IMG/VR virus record: IMGVR_UViG_3300012940_001437
Coordinates: 1 to 34,887 of that record
Strand: one strand, 5' to 3'
Length of the DNA stretch: 34,887 nucleotides
Source: a virus
Lineage: Duplodnaviria; Caudoviricetes
Shown: positions 17,528 through 26,442 of the stretch, one piece after another
Position numbering within the stretch: the stretch's first letter is position 1
Layout: every line of letters begins with the position of its first letter
Made by a program: the position numbers and the translations under genes
The notes under the pieces: generated by a model
Database searches by the model: none
The model's input: only the letters and a program-made list of their open reading frames with translations
Told to the model about the DNA's origin: nothing

Positions 17528-18253
17528 TTAGCGCTGTTTCTTCTGATACACACTTGCCAGGCGATCAACTCCGAAGAGATTCGGACCGCTCGGTTTCTGG
17601 TCGCGTTCGCCGCCGTTTCCGCTCCCCGGCGTTGCGGCAAAGAGTCGGGGATGCTCTTTCTTGATTCCGGCAACCAAGTCATTGACATTCGTCGGGTTGA
17701 GGTCGTTATCGAAATCAACCTCGCCGAGTGCGATGAGCTTCGCTACCGCCGTCGGCTCGATCGCGCCGATCTTGCTCGCCGCTTCGATCGCATGAGCCCG
17801 CACGCGATCGGATTTGAGCGAGCTTTCAAGGGCTTCGTACTTGCCCTTCCAGTTGTCGCGGTCCTTGACAGTGCGATCGAGCTCGGAGAGGTTCGCGTCA
17901 TCGCTTGACTGGAGCTTGTCCTCAGCAGTCTTCAGGCGCGTACGAAGGCTGCGATTCTCCGAACGGAGCTTTCTCGCCTCTTCAAGCGAGATCGTCTCTC
18001 CACCGTCGTTATCACCATCGCCCGCCTGGGGCTTCGGATTCCCGCCACTGGGGTTGTCGCCGGACGGCTGACCGCCGCCCTGGGGTTGCCCACCCGTTCC
18101 CGCCGGGGGATTGGCCTCTCCGCCATCCTCGCCACCGTCTGCCTCTTGCGATCCACCACCGATTGGGGGAATGCCGAGGGCTCGAAACTGCTCAAGGATT
18201 GCGTCTCGCGCCGCCTGGGCGCTGTGGCCGGTTTCTCGGGCCTGCATGGACAT
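17528..18253 (-). CDS. Capsid scaffolding protein
   Basis: Gly/Pro-rich disordered N-terminus, coiled coil (KLRSEN..LRTRLK), HPRLF near the C-terminus; start reassigned to ATG 18253. Confidence 0.8.
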   Translation of the reverse strand: MSMQARETGHSAQAARDAILEQFRALGIPPIGGGSQEADGGEDGGEANPPAGTGGQPQGGGQPSGDNPSGGNPKPQAGDGDNDGGETISLEEARKLRSENRSLRTRLKTAEDKLQSSDDANLSELDRTVKDRDNWKGKYEALESSLKSDRVRAHAIEAASKIGAIEPTAVAKLIALGEVDFDNDLNPTNVNDLVAGIKKEHPRLFAATPGSGNGGERDQKPSGPNLFGVDRLASVYQKKQR

Positions 18254-18321
18254 CGTAACACACCTTTTCGAACACCCGTTCTTCGGGTCACACGAACGAT
18301 CAACAACTGAGCGAGGCCGGT

Positions 18322-18558
18322 TTACTGCCGATGACCACCCCCTCTCGGGAAAAGTTCGTCGGCGTAATCCGCCGCATCCTGATCGACTGGATCGAACCGG
18401 ATTCCACGATCGCTGCGGTAGGGCTCGCGGTGATCGTGTCGGCTTTCGTAGATGGCTTCTGGGATACCGCCTGGAAATGCCTTGCACGTCATCCGCTCGG
18501 AATCGTCCCGGTTGTAATGCCGGCAAAAGAGGCACATTGGAGCGGCTACGCTGGTCAT
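18322..18558 (-). CDS. Small Cys/His protein, candidate immunity/partner of the MuF C-terminal domain
   Basis: CxxCxH...CKAFPGGIP..I....HDH..P...D.GIRFDP; TGATG-coupled to the MuF gene. Confidence 0.7.
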   Translation of the reverse strand: MTSVAAPMCLFCRHYNRDDSERMTCKAFPGGIPEAIYESRHDHREPYRSDRGIRFDPVDQDAADYADELFPRGGGHRQ

Positions 18559-20435
18559 CAGATACCGACCTCCTGCTCAAACTTGCGAATGCGGTCCATA
18601 GCCCTGTCGCGATCGTCTATCGGCAGATCGCGCGCATAGCGCCATTGATCCTTGCCGAGCCACTTCGATGGGTCTCCGAGTTCGGCGAGAACACGTCGTT
18701 GTCGCTTGGTGTAGGCGAGCGAGTTGACCCGCTTCGGGTCGTGCACCATGAGCGTAAACCCTTCGGCGAAACTTTCCTCCGATGAGGTGGTGGCGTATGC
18801 CGAGAGCCGTTTCGTCGCCCGGTTGTTGACAAAGAATCGATAGAAATCGACTTGCACCAATCCACCACCGTCTGATGCAACGACCGGGAAATGAGCGATG
18901 TCGGACGGGACTGAAAGCAACCAGTTGTGTACCTGGTGCCCGAATTCGTGCGTAAAGATGCTATCGACATCGACAATCCCGGCAGGATGCCAGCCTGACT
19001 CGGCATCGCGTGCGATCGATCGCTGAAACTTCATTGGATCGCCGTAATAGGCCGGATTGAGGCCGATTCGCTTGCCATCACGGCTCGCGTGTGCATAGGT
19101 ATTCGGGTTCCAGTTGTAACTCTGAATGCGGTTCGGTCCCTGATAGCCGCCTACGTACTTGAGTCGCTTCGTAACCTCGGGATACTGCTGCGCGAGTTGA
19201 TCGAATCGCGCCATCGACGGATTGATGACATCCACATGCATGCCCTCGAAATCCCACTCGATATCGGGGTAGTTCTCCCGAGCCCATCGATGCGCTTCAT
19301 CGAGATCAGCGAACGATCCCGGCTTGATCTCACTTACCGGTCTGATAGGCGTTGGTGCAGGCGGCACCACGCCGCGCTTTGCCGCTCGATTGAGTGCGTG
19401 TTCGAGTGAGCCGCGACTCCTGGTAATACCCCAATCAGACGAAACGCGCGACTGCACGAAATCCTCGAGATCGACCTCGCCACGCGTGTAAGCGCTAAAC
19501 GCTTTCGGTCCGAGGATCGCCCGCTGGGTATCCGCGTCAAGCTCGCGAAAGATGTCGGGCCCGCGGCGAACGGAGGCGCTCGATTCAAGGTGATCCGGAA
19601 CGCTGAATCCGAGCTCTTTCCACGTCTTGGTTTTCGGCACCATTGCGCATCGGCAATTCGGGTGCGTTCCCATTGGTTCGGAGAACGGGAATTCCCGGCC
19701 ATGCATCGCCCAACAGGCAGCACATGTGCGCACGCCGAGTGCCGAATGCCAGATCCAACTCTTGACTACTTTGGAATTCTCTTCGTAATAGCGCCGTGTG
19801 CTCTCGCGATACGCTCTGAGCGTCTCGGTGCGGGCGATCATGCGAGCACGTACGAGATTCCCGTCCATCGCCGCCTTCATGCGTCGGGCGATCCGGTTCG
19901 GGTGCTCACCGAGTGCTACGCCGGTGATGAGCGCTTCACGGATATCCTGGGCTGCCGTTGCACCAAACTGGTCAAGAAGCTCGGCGAGCGGCCCCTCGCG
20001 GGTAGTGCCGACGATGTTCGTGACGGCGCTCTCTGGCAGTCGCGTAAAGAGGCCGTCAACATCTACCCCATCAGGTGCCGGGCCTAGCGCCGCTCGGACG
20101 AGGTCGTTTGCCTCCGTCTGTGCGCGTGCCACTTCCAACTGACGAGCGATGTCAATCGCTTCGCCGATCTCGTCGGCATATCCGGTAAAGAGGTCGTTCG
20201 CTTGGATCAGGAGCGATCGGTACCGATCCATACGATAGAGCCGGCCGATAGTGACCGGCTTCCCGGCATCCAAGAGAGCGGCGAGCTCGTCACGCAAGCG
20301 GTCGAGTTCGGGAATGATCCGATCGGCGGTGCGCTGATACGCCTGGGCTAGTTGTCGAACCGTTTCGCGCTCACGTGCGGCCTGATCCTTGCGAATCTGG
20401 CTAATTGATCGATTGATCCGCGATTCGTAACTCAC
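18558..20435 (-). CDS. MuF / SPP1 gp7-like minor head protein with C-terminal HExxH metallopeptidase
   Basis: RARMIARTET, RTCAAC..MHG, HPNCRC (MuF domain); THEFGH and SAYA....EESFAEGF (zincin). Confidence 0.85.
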   Translation of the reverse strand: MSYESRINRSISQIRKDQAARERETVRQLAQAYQRTADRIIPELDRLRDELAALLDAGKPVTIGRLYRMDRYRSLLIQANDLFTGYADEIGEAIDIARQLEVARAQTEANDLVRAALGPAPDGVDVDGLFTRLPESAVTNIVGTTREGPLAELLDQFGATAAQDIREALITGVALGEHPNRIARRMKAAMDGNLVRARMIARTETLRAYRESTRRYYEENSKVVKSWIWHSALGVRTCAACWAMHGREFPFSEPMGTHPNCRCAMVPKTKTWKELGFSVPDHLESSASVRRGPDIFRELDADTQRAILGPKAFSAYTRGEVDLEDFVQSRVSSDWGITRSRGSLEHALNRAAKRGVVPPAPTPIRPVSEIKPGSFADLDEAHRWARENYPDIEWDFEGMHVDVINPSMARFDQLAQQYPEVTKRLKYVGGYQGPNRIQSYNWNPNTYAHASRDGKRIGLNPAYYGDPMKFQRSIARDAESGWHPAGIVDVDSIFTHEFGHQVHNWLLSVPSDIAHFPVVASDGGGLVQVDFYRFFVNNRATKRLSAYATTSSEESFAEGFTLMVHDPKRVNSLAYTKRQRRVLAELGDPSKWLGKDQWRYARDLPIDDRDRAMDRIRKFEQEVGI

Positions 20436-20451
20436 CCGCGTGCCCCTGAGA

Positions 20452-20471
20452 AATTGTCTACTTGGACAAAA
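20452..20471. promoter_or_regulatory. 20-bp palindromic motif copy 10 (AATTGTCTACTTGGACAAAA)
   Basis: Contains the kinase TAG stop; 16 nt upstream of the MuF GTG. Confidence 0.8.
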
Positions 20472-21072
20472 CCATTCGACGCGCTGCCTCTACGAGACTG
20501 CGCCCGAGTGATCGGCAGGCGATCTCGAACATGAGCGTTGCGGTTCGCCCGTAGAGCGTGGAGAGGCCGCTATCGTTGACAAGCACGTAGTCGGGGTCAA
20601 TCGCATCGAGTGCTCGCTCGCTCGGCATCGGTCCTACTGGCTCGCCTGCGGCCTCAAGGTCGGCGCGGCGGGTTTCCTCTGGTCGATCGACGCGAATAAT
20701 CACGAACCCGAGATCGCGAAGCGCATCCGCTTCGTTCGGCTGGCGCATGTCGTCAACAACCACGTTGCCCTCGTCAGGCAGGTATTCGCGGAATGAATCA
20801 ATCCACCGGTCAGGGGTGCCGAGGTAATCACGGCCAAACGGAGTACCGAGCCATTCGAGCAACGGTCGAAACGCCGGCTTGTTCGCGTCGAGTTCCTCGC
20901 GCGTGATTTGCCGCGGATGGCCCTGGTGACGGAGCCAGTAATTGATCATGTCCACCGCGCTGTCCTTGAGAGGATCAGCCATTGCAATGCGCGTGAACCC
21001 GAAACGATCCACGAGATGTTGCGCGACGGTCGTTTTGCCGCTCCGACGCGGCGCGTAAAGAGCAATGCGCAT
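20458..21072 (-). CDS. Deoxynucleoside monophosphate kinase (T4 gp1-like P-loop)
   Basis: IALYAPRRSGKTT, MADPLK, VVVDDMRQPNE, SE..L motifs; start reassigned to ATG 21072 after AGGAG. Confidence 0.82.
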   Translation of the reverse strand: MRIALYAPRRSGKTTVAQHLVDRFGFTRIAMADPLKDSAVDMINYWLRHQGHPRQITREELDANKPAFRPLLEWLGTPFGRDYLGTPDRWIDSFREYLPDEGNVVVDDMRQPNEADALRDLGFVIIRVDRPEETRRADLEAAGEPVGPMPSERALDAIDPDYVLVNDSGLSTLYGRTATLMFEIACRSLGRSLVEAARRMVLSK

Positions 21073-21084
21073 TGTGCTAACTCC

Positions 21085-21104
21085 TGTTGTCCACATGGAC
21101 AATT
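21085..21104. promoter_or_regulatory. 20-bp palindromic motif copy 11 (TGTTGTCCACATGGACAATT)
   Basis: Intergenic, 12 nt upstream of ATG 21072. Confidence 0.9.
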
Positions 21105-21109
21105 AGCGG

Positions 21110-22579
21110 CTATGCCGCGGCGTCTTCATCGTCTTCGTCACCCTCGCCGGCCGGGGCTTCATCGAGCGCCACACCCTGGTTGAACGCCTGTGCGGCGAGG
21201 CCGGTCATGAGTTGCGTGTGCTCGGCGATCTCTTCCCGGAACTTTTCAATTTCCTTGTCGCTGTAACCGTATTCGCGAAGAATCTGCTGTGGACTAACGC
21301 CCATTTCGCGCCTGATCGCCGCGACTTCCCAAAACTCGCGATCGTCGCGGGTCTCTGCACGCTGCCAGATCGTGCGAAGCTGCGCGTTGCTCTTGCCGGC
21401 GATCCGGAGGGCGTGTTCCATCGCGCGGCCATGCTCGGGTCCGAAGCTCTTCTGCCTGTCGCGGATTTTCGCCACGAACGGCTCTTCAGCGGTTTTGAGC
21501 CCCTCACCGCTCTCGGGGGCTCCCGACTGGAGAAGGTGATAGAGCGGAATGCGCGCCGTGCGAGCAATGCGTACTTCATGGCCCTCAGCGGTATCGCCGA
21601 ACATCGCGAGGTCCGCAGCCTCGAAATCGCCGAACGCGGCCTCTTTCGCCGTTGCGATCCAGAGTTGCCCGGCGCCGGCCTGGAATGGACTAACCGGCTT
21701 TCCCGTCTCTGGATCAAGCACTGGCTGTATGCCCGTCGCCCAGCGCTGTCGATAGGACTGGAACTCTTCAGCCACCGCAAGATTCGCGAGCGTCATATTG
21801 AGACGGTTCTGAAGCGAGATCAGCGGCGCCACTTCACTCTTGCCGTACTGCCCGGTCCTCGCATTGTTCGCAAAGTGAAAGACCGGAACGATGTTGCCCC
21901 ACGCCGGGTCATATCGGATGGGCCACGCAAGGTCGTCCGGATCGCTATACGGCTCGTAGATGTTCGGGTCCTCGGGAGCATCGTCACCCGTGATCGCGCT
22001 GCGCGTGACGTACTTTTCGAGCCGATCCTCGTAGTACAAGTTCAACCGCCACCGGCGATCAGCCCGGCGCCACGTCTTAGCCGCCACTCGCTTCTTGCCA
22101 GGTATCTCGGTGTCGTAAATGACCGCGATGCTGTCGGCAGAGTTGACGTAGATGCGCGGTTGCCCGTCCAGGTCGGGCCAGACGATCAGATAGCCATCGC
22201 CGGTCGTGAGTGCCTCGGTGTGAAGCTCGCCCTGGCCCTTGTCCATGTCGTTGGCAGCCCAAATGCGCGCCGCATCCTGATCGGTTGCGCCATCAGCACT
22301 GCTGAACCCGAGCACTTGAAGCCGATCAGACAACGCATCTACCGCGGGCTGAATGCGATTACAGACAAGTTCGGCGAGCTCTTCACCGAATGCCGTTTGC
22401 AGCTTTTCGCCGGCAAACTTGATTTCCTGTTTGCCGTCGTAGTAGTCGCGTAGCAGTTTGTAGTACGGCCGGTGCGCACGAAGATCGGCCGTCAGAAGCG
22501 CGATGTCACCGAGGTTCGGATCGAGCGATTCATGCCCTTCCGGCAGCCCGTCGAGATAATCAATCCCTCCGATGCTCAC
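21110..22579 (-). CDS. Portal protein (SPP1 gp6-like)
   Basis: DYYDGKQ, N....VD....RL.V.GF, IW.ANDMD, VPVFHFAN, G.SE, ESGEGLK motifs. Confidence 0.92.
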   Translation of the reverse strand: MSIGGIDYLDGLPEGHESLDPNLGDIALLTADLRAHRPYYKLLRDYYDGKQEIKFAGEKLQTAFGEELAELVCNRIQPAVDALSDRLQVLGFSSADGATDQDAARIWAANDMDKGQGELHTEALTTGDGYLIVWPDLDGQPRIYVNSADSIAVIYDTEIPGKKRVAAKTWRRADRRWRLNLYYEDRLEKYVTRSAITGDDAPEDPNIYEPYSDPDDLAWPIRYDPAWGNIVPVFHFANNARTGQYGKSEVAPLISLQNRLNMTLANLAVAEEFQSYRQRWATGIQPVLDPETGKPVSPFQAGAGQLWIATAKEAAFGDFEAADLAMFGDTAEGHEVRIARTARIPLYHLLQSGAPESGEGLKTAEEPFVAKIRDRQKSFGPEHGRAMEHALRIAGKSNAQLRTIWQRAETRDDREFWEVAAIRREMGVSPQQILREYGYSDKEIEKFREEIAEHTQLMTGLAAQAFNQGVALDEAPAGEGDEDDEDAAA

Positions 22580-22905
22580 TCGCGATCACCACCAATTTCG
22601 AGTTCGAGAATGCCCGGATTGTCGTCAATGAGATTCAAAAGACCGATATGGAGCTTGCGGGTTTGCTTCTCGGACAGTCGGATGTCGTATTCAAAATCGA
22701 CTGCATGGATGAGCTCGTGGAAGAGCGTTGCGCGCCGGCGCTGGGGATTGAGCCCACTCACGATCTCGATCTCGTCATTGCCGCCGCTGAACACCCCATA
22801 GCATTCGTCGCCGTCAACCACGATCGAGTTAGCCTCGTACACGTCAACCGATGCCGGGCCAACCTTGACCGATCCGACGTACTTCCGTGTCTCTTGCTCA
22901 CTCAT
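22576..22905 (-). CDS. ImmA/IrrE-like HExxH metallopeptidase
   Basis: YG.F....EIEI...L.PQRRRATLFHELIHA. Confidence 0.7.
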   Translation of the reverse strand: MSEQETRKYVGSVKVGPASVDVYEANSIVVDGDECYGVFSGGNDEIEIVSGLNPQRRRATLFHELIHAVDFEYDIRLSEKQTRKLHIGLLNLIDDNPGILELEIGGDRE

Positions 22906-23291
22906 ACTGCCTCCTGTGGGCCGCTACGTGGCCCTGAGAGCGTCGATAGCGCCGATCGAGGGTGATTGGTCGTGAGACCATGAAAATTGTCTCTATGGAC
23001 AATTCTAGGGCATGTTTCGGCAATCGCGGCTTGCAGTTCTCTTCGGCGAATCTCCACCGCTACACCGCAGTCCGGAGCCCGGACCGGAGTGGAACGCCCC
23101 AAGGAACAAGCCGCTGCACCGAACGTCGCAATTGCCGATACGATGTCACCCGACAGTGATCTGGCTAGGTGCTTGACTACCGCGGAGACGATCGGCTCGT
23201 ATGCTTCCGGATAGCCTGGCCAGTCGATGCCGCTTGCATCGCTCATTGCCGCCTCGTATGCGGTCTCAATCAGTTCGCGACTGGTCGTCAC
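22902..23291 (-). CDS. Hypothetical protein
   Basis: 4-nt overlaps with both neighbours. Confidence 0.55.
   Translation of the reverse strand: MTTSRELIETAYEAAMSDASGIDWPGYPEAYEPIVSAVVKHLARSLSGDIVSAIATFGAAACSLGRSTPVRAPDCGVAVEIRRRELQAAIAETCPRIVHRDNFHGLTTNHPRSALSTLSGPRSGPQEAV
22985..23004. promoter_or_regulatory. 20-bp palindromic motif copy 12 (AATTGTCTCTATGGACAATT)
   Basis: In the 3' part of ORF 22902..23291, about 80 nt upstream of the peptidase gene. Confidence 0.8.
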
Positions 23292-23494
23292 AGCGATCGC
23301 TCCCGCTCTAGACGCTGCCCCTCTTCGATGATCCGATCAGCATCGCACTCGGAGTACCCTGCGGCCTGTAGGGCGAACCAAAACCCTTCGCTCCAATAGA
23401 ACCGCCAGCTTGAACCGGTGTCTGGTGCATGATCGGCGAACATCTCTGCGAACTCCTGCGCTTGGCGATCTCGCGAGAAGTCAACGGCCATCAC
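23288..23494 (-). CDS. Hypothetical protein
   Basis: 68 aa, RBS GGAGGTGG, translationally coupled. Confidence 0.6.
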   Translation of the reverse strand: MMAVDFSRDRQAQEFAEMFADHAPDTGSSWRFYWSEGFWFALQAAGYSECDADRIIEEGQRLERERSL

Positions 23495-23754
23495 TCCACC
23501 TCCGGGGAATAGCTCGACGCGATCTCATCCCAACCGATGTAGCGGCCGTTCTTGTAGGACGCTGCGTGCTCGGTGAACTCAGGTCGAACACCGTCCGGGC
23601 CATCGCAGAGGCCGATTGTGAGATGCCACATGCCGATCGGCTCGGCGCCACGAGATAAGCACTCCTGGCAATACGCCAGGCTGATCGGGCCCAGCGAGGA
23701 AGCCGCCACACCCTTCGCGGCACCACCGCATACATCGCAATTCGGATAGGCCAT
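23491..23754 (-). CDS. Small Zn-finger protein
   Basis: CDVC...CQEC; start reassigned to ATG 23754 (TAATG overlap, RBS GGAGG). Confidence 0.7.
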   Translation of the reverse strand: MAYPNCDVCGGAAKGVAASSLGPISLAYCQECLSRGAEPIGMWHLTIGLCDGPDGVRPEFTEHAASYKNGRYIGWDEIASSYSPEVE

Positions 23755-24404
23755 TATGCTGCCTCCATTCCCGGCAATACCGCTTGTTGCAATCGCCGAA
23801 CGGCGATCTCGCAAAACCGTTCCTCGCGTTCAATCAGCACCGCACGGCGCCCGAGGTCTTTCGCCGCACGGCCGGTGGTGCCGCTGCCGGCATACGGGTC
23901 TAGGATCAAGTCGCCCGGCTCGGTGGCATTCGCAATGCACCAACGCATGAGGCGCTCGGGCTTTTGTGTCGGATGTACGGCGCCGTCCTGGGCAATTGCT
24001 ACCCGGTTGAGGGTGTAAACACGGAGTGCGCGATCAAAGCTCGTAAAGGCGAGTTCCGCATCCGAGCCGTCGATCCGTTGCGCCTTGTCCCACACCAGCC
24101 AGCCCATCGACGGCGGTAGATGCTCGGTAAAGTAATTCCCGCCCCAAACGATCTGATTGCGACTAGCCTCGAACATAAGCCGGAACGCCTCGGCATCCGG
24201 TCGCTCCTGGTCCCAGCCGAGGAAGTCGTACGCCTTTCTCCCTCCATGCGATCCAGTCGATGCCTTCTCACCATCACGCCCAATGCCGTACGGCGGATCA
24301 GTGAGCAGGAGGTCGAAGCTCTTCGGTGCAAACATCGGCAGCACGTCGCGCATATCCGCGCAATAGATCGTGATACCGTCCTGGTCGTAATACGGCTTGA
24401 TCAC
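23754..24404 (-). CDS. Orphan DNA methyltransferase (N6-A/N4-C, beta class)
   Basis: TDPPY precedes HPTQKP and LDPYAGSGTT. Confidence 0.9.
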   Translation of the reverse strand: MIKPYYDQDGITIYCADMRDVLPMFAPKSFDLLLTDPPYGIGRDGEKASTGSHGGRKAYDFLGWDQERPDAEAFRLMFEASRNQIVWGGNYFTEHLPPSMGWLVWDKAQRIDGSDAELAFTSFDRALRVYTLNRVAIAQDGAVHPTQKPERLMRWCIANATEPGDLILDPYAGSGTTGRAAKDLGRRAVLIEREERFCEIAVRRLQQAVLPGMEAA

Positions 24405-24410
24405 GGTCTC

Positions 24411-25859
24411 CTACACCACGTACAGCGTTCCGGTTTCAGCGGCCGGCATCAGGTCATGCGCGCCCCACACGAGCGCGTCTACAAGGTCGTCATGCGCCGA
24501 GGGATCGACGGGGAATACCACCATCTGATCCTCCAGCGGGATGAGCGGGTTGGGTCGATCGCGAGGCGTGACGTGATGCACACGGCCTTGCTCGTAGAGC
24601 GCCGCCACGGGCTCGGCTCGGGTTTGCTTGCCTTTGGTGGCGACCACCGGCTTGAGGCGAGGGGGAATGCCGAGTTTGCTCTTGCGCTGCCGCTCGGCGA
24701 TGGCGTTGCGGATGGTGCTCTCGACCATCTCGCCGCCCTGGTTGCGTTCGTAGACGATCGTGCCGGCGCCGTAGATGTCGCAGAGATCAAGCGCCCGGTT
24801 TGCCCAGCCGTTCGGCGATAGTCGCACGCCCTCGGCATGCATCACGTAGAGATCGCCGTCATAGCCGAGGCCGATTACGACAATGCCGGTTTCGTCGCTA
24901 TCGCTGCCGTGGGTTGTGCTCGGATCAAGCGCTACTACAACACGCTGGAGTTTCGGCAGCTTGGCGCCGTCCTCATGCCGCGGCACTTCATGCACCCGAG
25001 CGGCATCGATCAACGCGAGTGTCCAGAGCGCGCCCTCGATATCATCAAGGACTTCGGCGTAGAGCTCCTGCCGTCCTAGGCGGGTGCCCTCGTACTTGTT
25101 GCGGATGTCCTGAATAAAGCTCTTTGCGAGATTGGCGGCGTTGTCGAAGGTCGAGCCGCGGGTAACGACGGTGCGCGCATCCGCAAGCAGGGCCTTGACG
25201 AGAGCCACCGGTCGCGGCGTGGTGGTGACGACTCCGCGCGGGTGCTTGCCCTTGCGGAATCCGAACATAAGGTTGTCCCAGGTGTCCTGGGCGAGGTTAC
25301 GCGCCTCGGCACTAGCGCCCGGCTTCTTGCTCTTCCAGGCGGCAAGCTCGTCACACCAGAAGCCATCCCACTCCGGGCCGCGGAGACCGTCTGGCTCTTC
25401 AGCGGAGCGGGCGAGGGCAATCGCGCCGTTCTCGAAAGTGATCTTGCGCTTTGATGGCTCATACAGCGCCCGGAACTTCATGCGAGCGCAAACGGCGAGG
25501 ATGCCGGACGGGCCTTCAATCATCACGTCGCGGACATCGGCGGCGGTGCGACCAACAAGCGCCACACGACGCATGCGGCCGCTCATGACCTCATCGCGGA
25601 TGAACTCGGCGCCGGTTTTCGTCTTGCCCCAACCGCGGCCGGCGAGGATCAGCCAGAACGACCAATCCCCATCCGGCGCGATCTGCTCACCTCGCCGCGT
25701 TGCCAGCCACGTCGGACCCTCGGCGTCGAAGAGATATTCAGCGTCACTCCCCAGGCGCCGAATCAGCCTCGCCCGTTCCCTCGCCTGCTTCTTCTTCAGC
25801 AAGCCAAGCAAGGAATCTTTCGGCGGCAGACTCGGCAACCTTGAGCTCAATAGGCCCAT
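24411..25859 (-). CDS. terL: Terminase large subunit
   Basis: AGRGWGKT Walker A, LRG...FWCDE Walker B, VVTTTP, VALDP, YERNQGG, HDDLVDA. Confidence 0.95.
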   Translation of the reverse strand: MGLLSSRLPSLPPKDSLLGLLKKKQARERARLIRRLGSDAEYLFDAEGPTWLATRRGEQIAPDGDWSFWLILAGRGWGKTKTGAEFIRDEVMSGRMRRVALVGRTAADVRDVMIEGPSGILAVCARMKFRALYEPSKRKITFENGAIALARSAEEPDGLRGPEWDGFWCDELAAWKSKKPGASAEARNLAQDTWDNLMFGFRKGKHPRGVVTTTPRPVALVKALLADARTVVTRGSTFDNAANLAKSFIQDIRNKYEGTRLGRQELYAEVLDDIEGALWTLALIDAARVHEVPRHEDGAKLPKLQRVVVALDPSTTHGSDSDETGIVVIGLGYDGDLYVMHAEGVRLSPNGWANRALDLCDIYGAGTIVYERNQGGEMVESTIRNAIAERQRKSKLGIPPRLKPVVATKGKQTRAEPVAALYEQGRVHHVTPRDRPNPLIPLEDQMVVFPVDPSAHDDLVDALVWGAHDLMPAAETGTLYVV

Positions 25860-26403
25860 CGTTGGCTCCGGTTACCTGCTTTTTCTCGGACCATTCGCCG
25901 AGTTCTTGTGCGGCCTGGCGGTTCACGGCGAGGATCTGGTTCGCAAGCGCGGTATCGGCGGCAAATTCCTCCACCACCTGCTGATTGCGACCCTGACCGA
26001 TGACTTTGACTTGTCGGACGATGAATCCGGAGGTTCCACCGGCAGGAGCCGAGCGCTGACCAAAAATCGCCGTCAGCCCCTGCTCGGGGAGGTTCTTCGT
26101 CGCCTCTTCGACCTTCTCGTATTCGGCCTTGCGCTCATCGGCGATCTGCCAGAGTCGGCGGCGAATCTCTTCGTAGTCGTTGAGGCGATTCTGTTTGTTT
26201 GCAATGCCCTCGGAGCGAAGTTCGCCGAGAACGGCCTCGATCTCCGCTTTGATGACAGCATTTGACAGCAGACGCGCGCCCTCTTGGCGAGGCGTCTTAT
26301 AGCCGGCCATTGCCGCGGCTTTCGTCGCGTTCATGCGCGCTTCGCCGAGGTAATAGCTCACAAATGCCTGTTGCTTTGCGGAGAGTCGATCGCCCTTAGT
26401 CAT
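25744..26403 (-). CDS. terS: Terminase small subunit
   Basis: LSAKQQAFVSYYL...NATKAA.MAGYK....EGARLLSN.VIK HTH; directly upstream of terL. Confidence 0.9.
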   Translation of the reverse strand: MTKGDRLSAKQQAFVSYYLGEARMNATKAAAMAGYKTPRQEGARLLSNAVIKAEIEAVLGELRSEGIANKQNRLNDYEEIRRRLWQIADERKAEYEKVEEATKNLPEQGLTAIFGQRSAPAGGTSGFIVRQVKVIGQGRNQQVVEEFAADTALANQILAVNRQAAQELGEWSEKKQVTGANDGPIELKVAESAAERFLAWLAEEEAGEGTGEADSAPGE

Positions 26404-26422
26404 TGTCCACCAAACATATCTG

Positions 26423-26442
26423 TATTGGTCATATGGACAATC
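26423..26442. promoter_or_regulatory. 20-bp palindromic motif copy 13 (TATTGGTCATATGGACAATC)
   Basis: Contains the upstream TGA stop; 19 nt upstream of the terS ATG. Confidence 0.8.

Noticed and set aside
18254-18580. Long N-terminal extension of the scaffold ORF
   Set aside because: Overlaps the 78-aa Cys/His gene in another frame; an RBS-supported ATG is present at 18253.
13176-21102. ORF-track N-terminal extensions MSTWT/MSIWT/MSMWT/MDNF as a shared peptide leader
   Set aside because: Artefacts of TTG/ATG codons inside the palindrome; better RBS-supported starts lie downstream.
21212-22453. 413-aa plus-strand ORF (also 25132..26265, 14413..15282, 16569..17390, 30698..31543)
   Set aside because: Antisense to well-supported phage genes; expected in GC-rich DNA.
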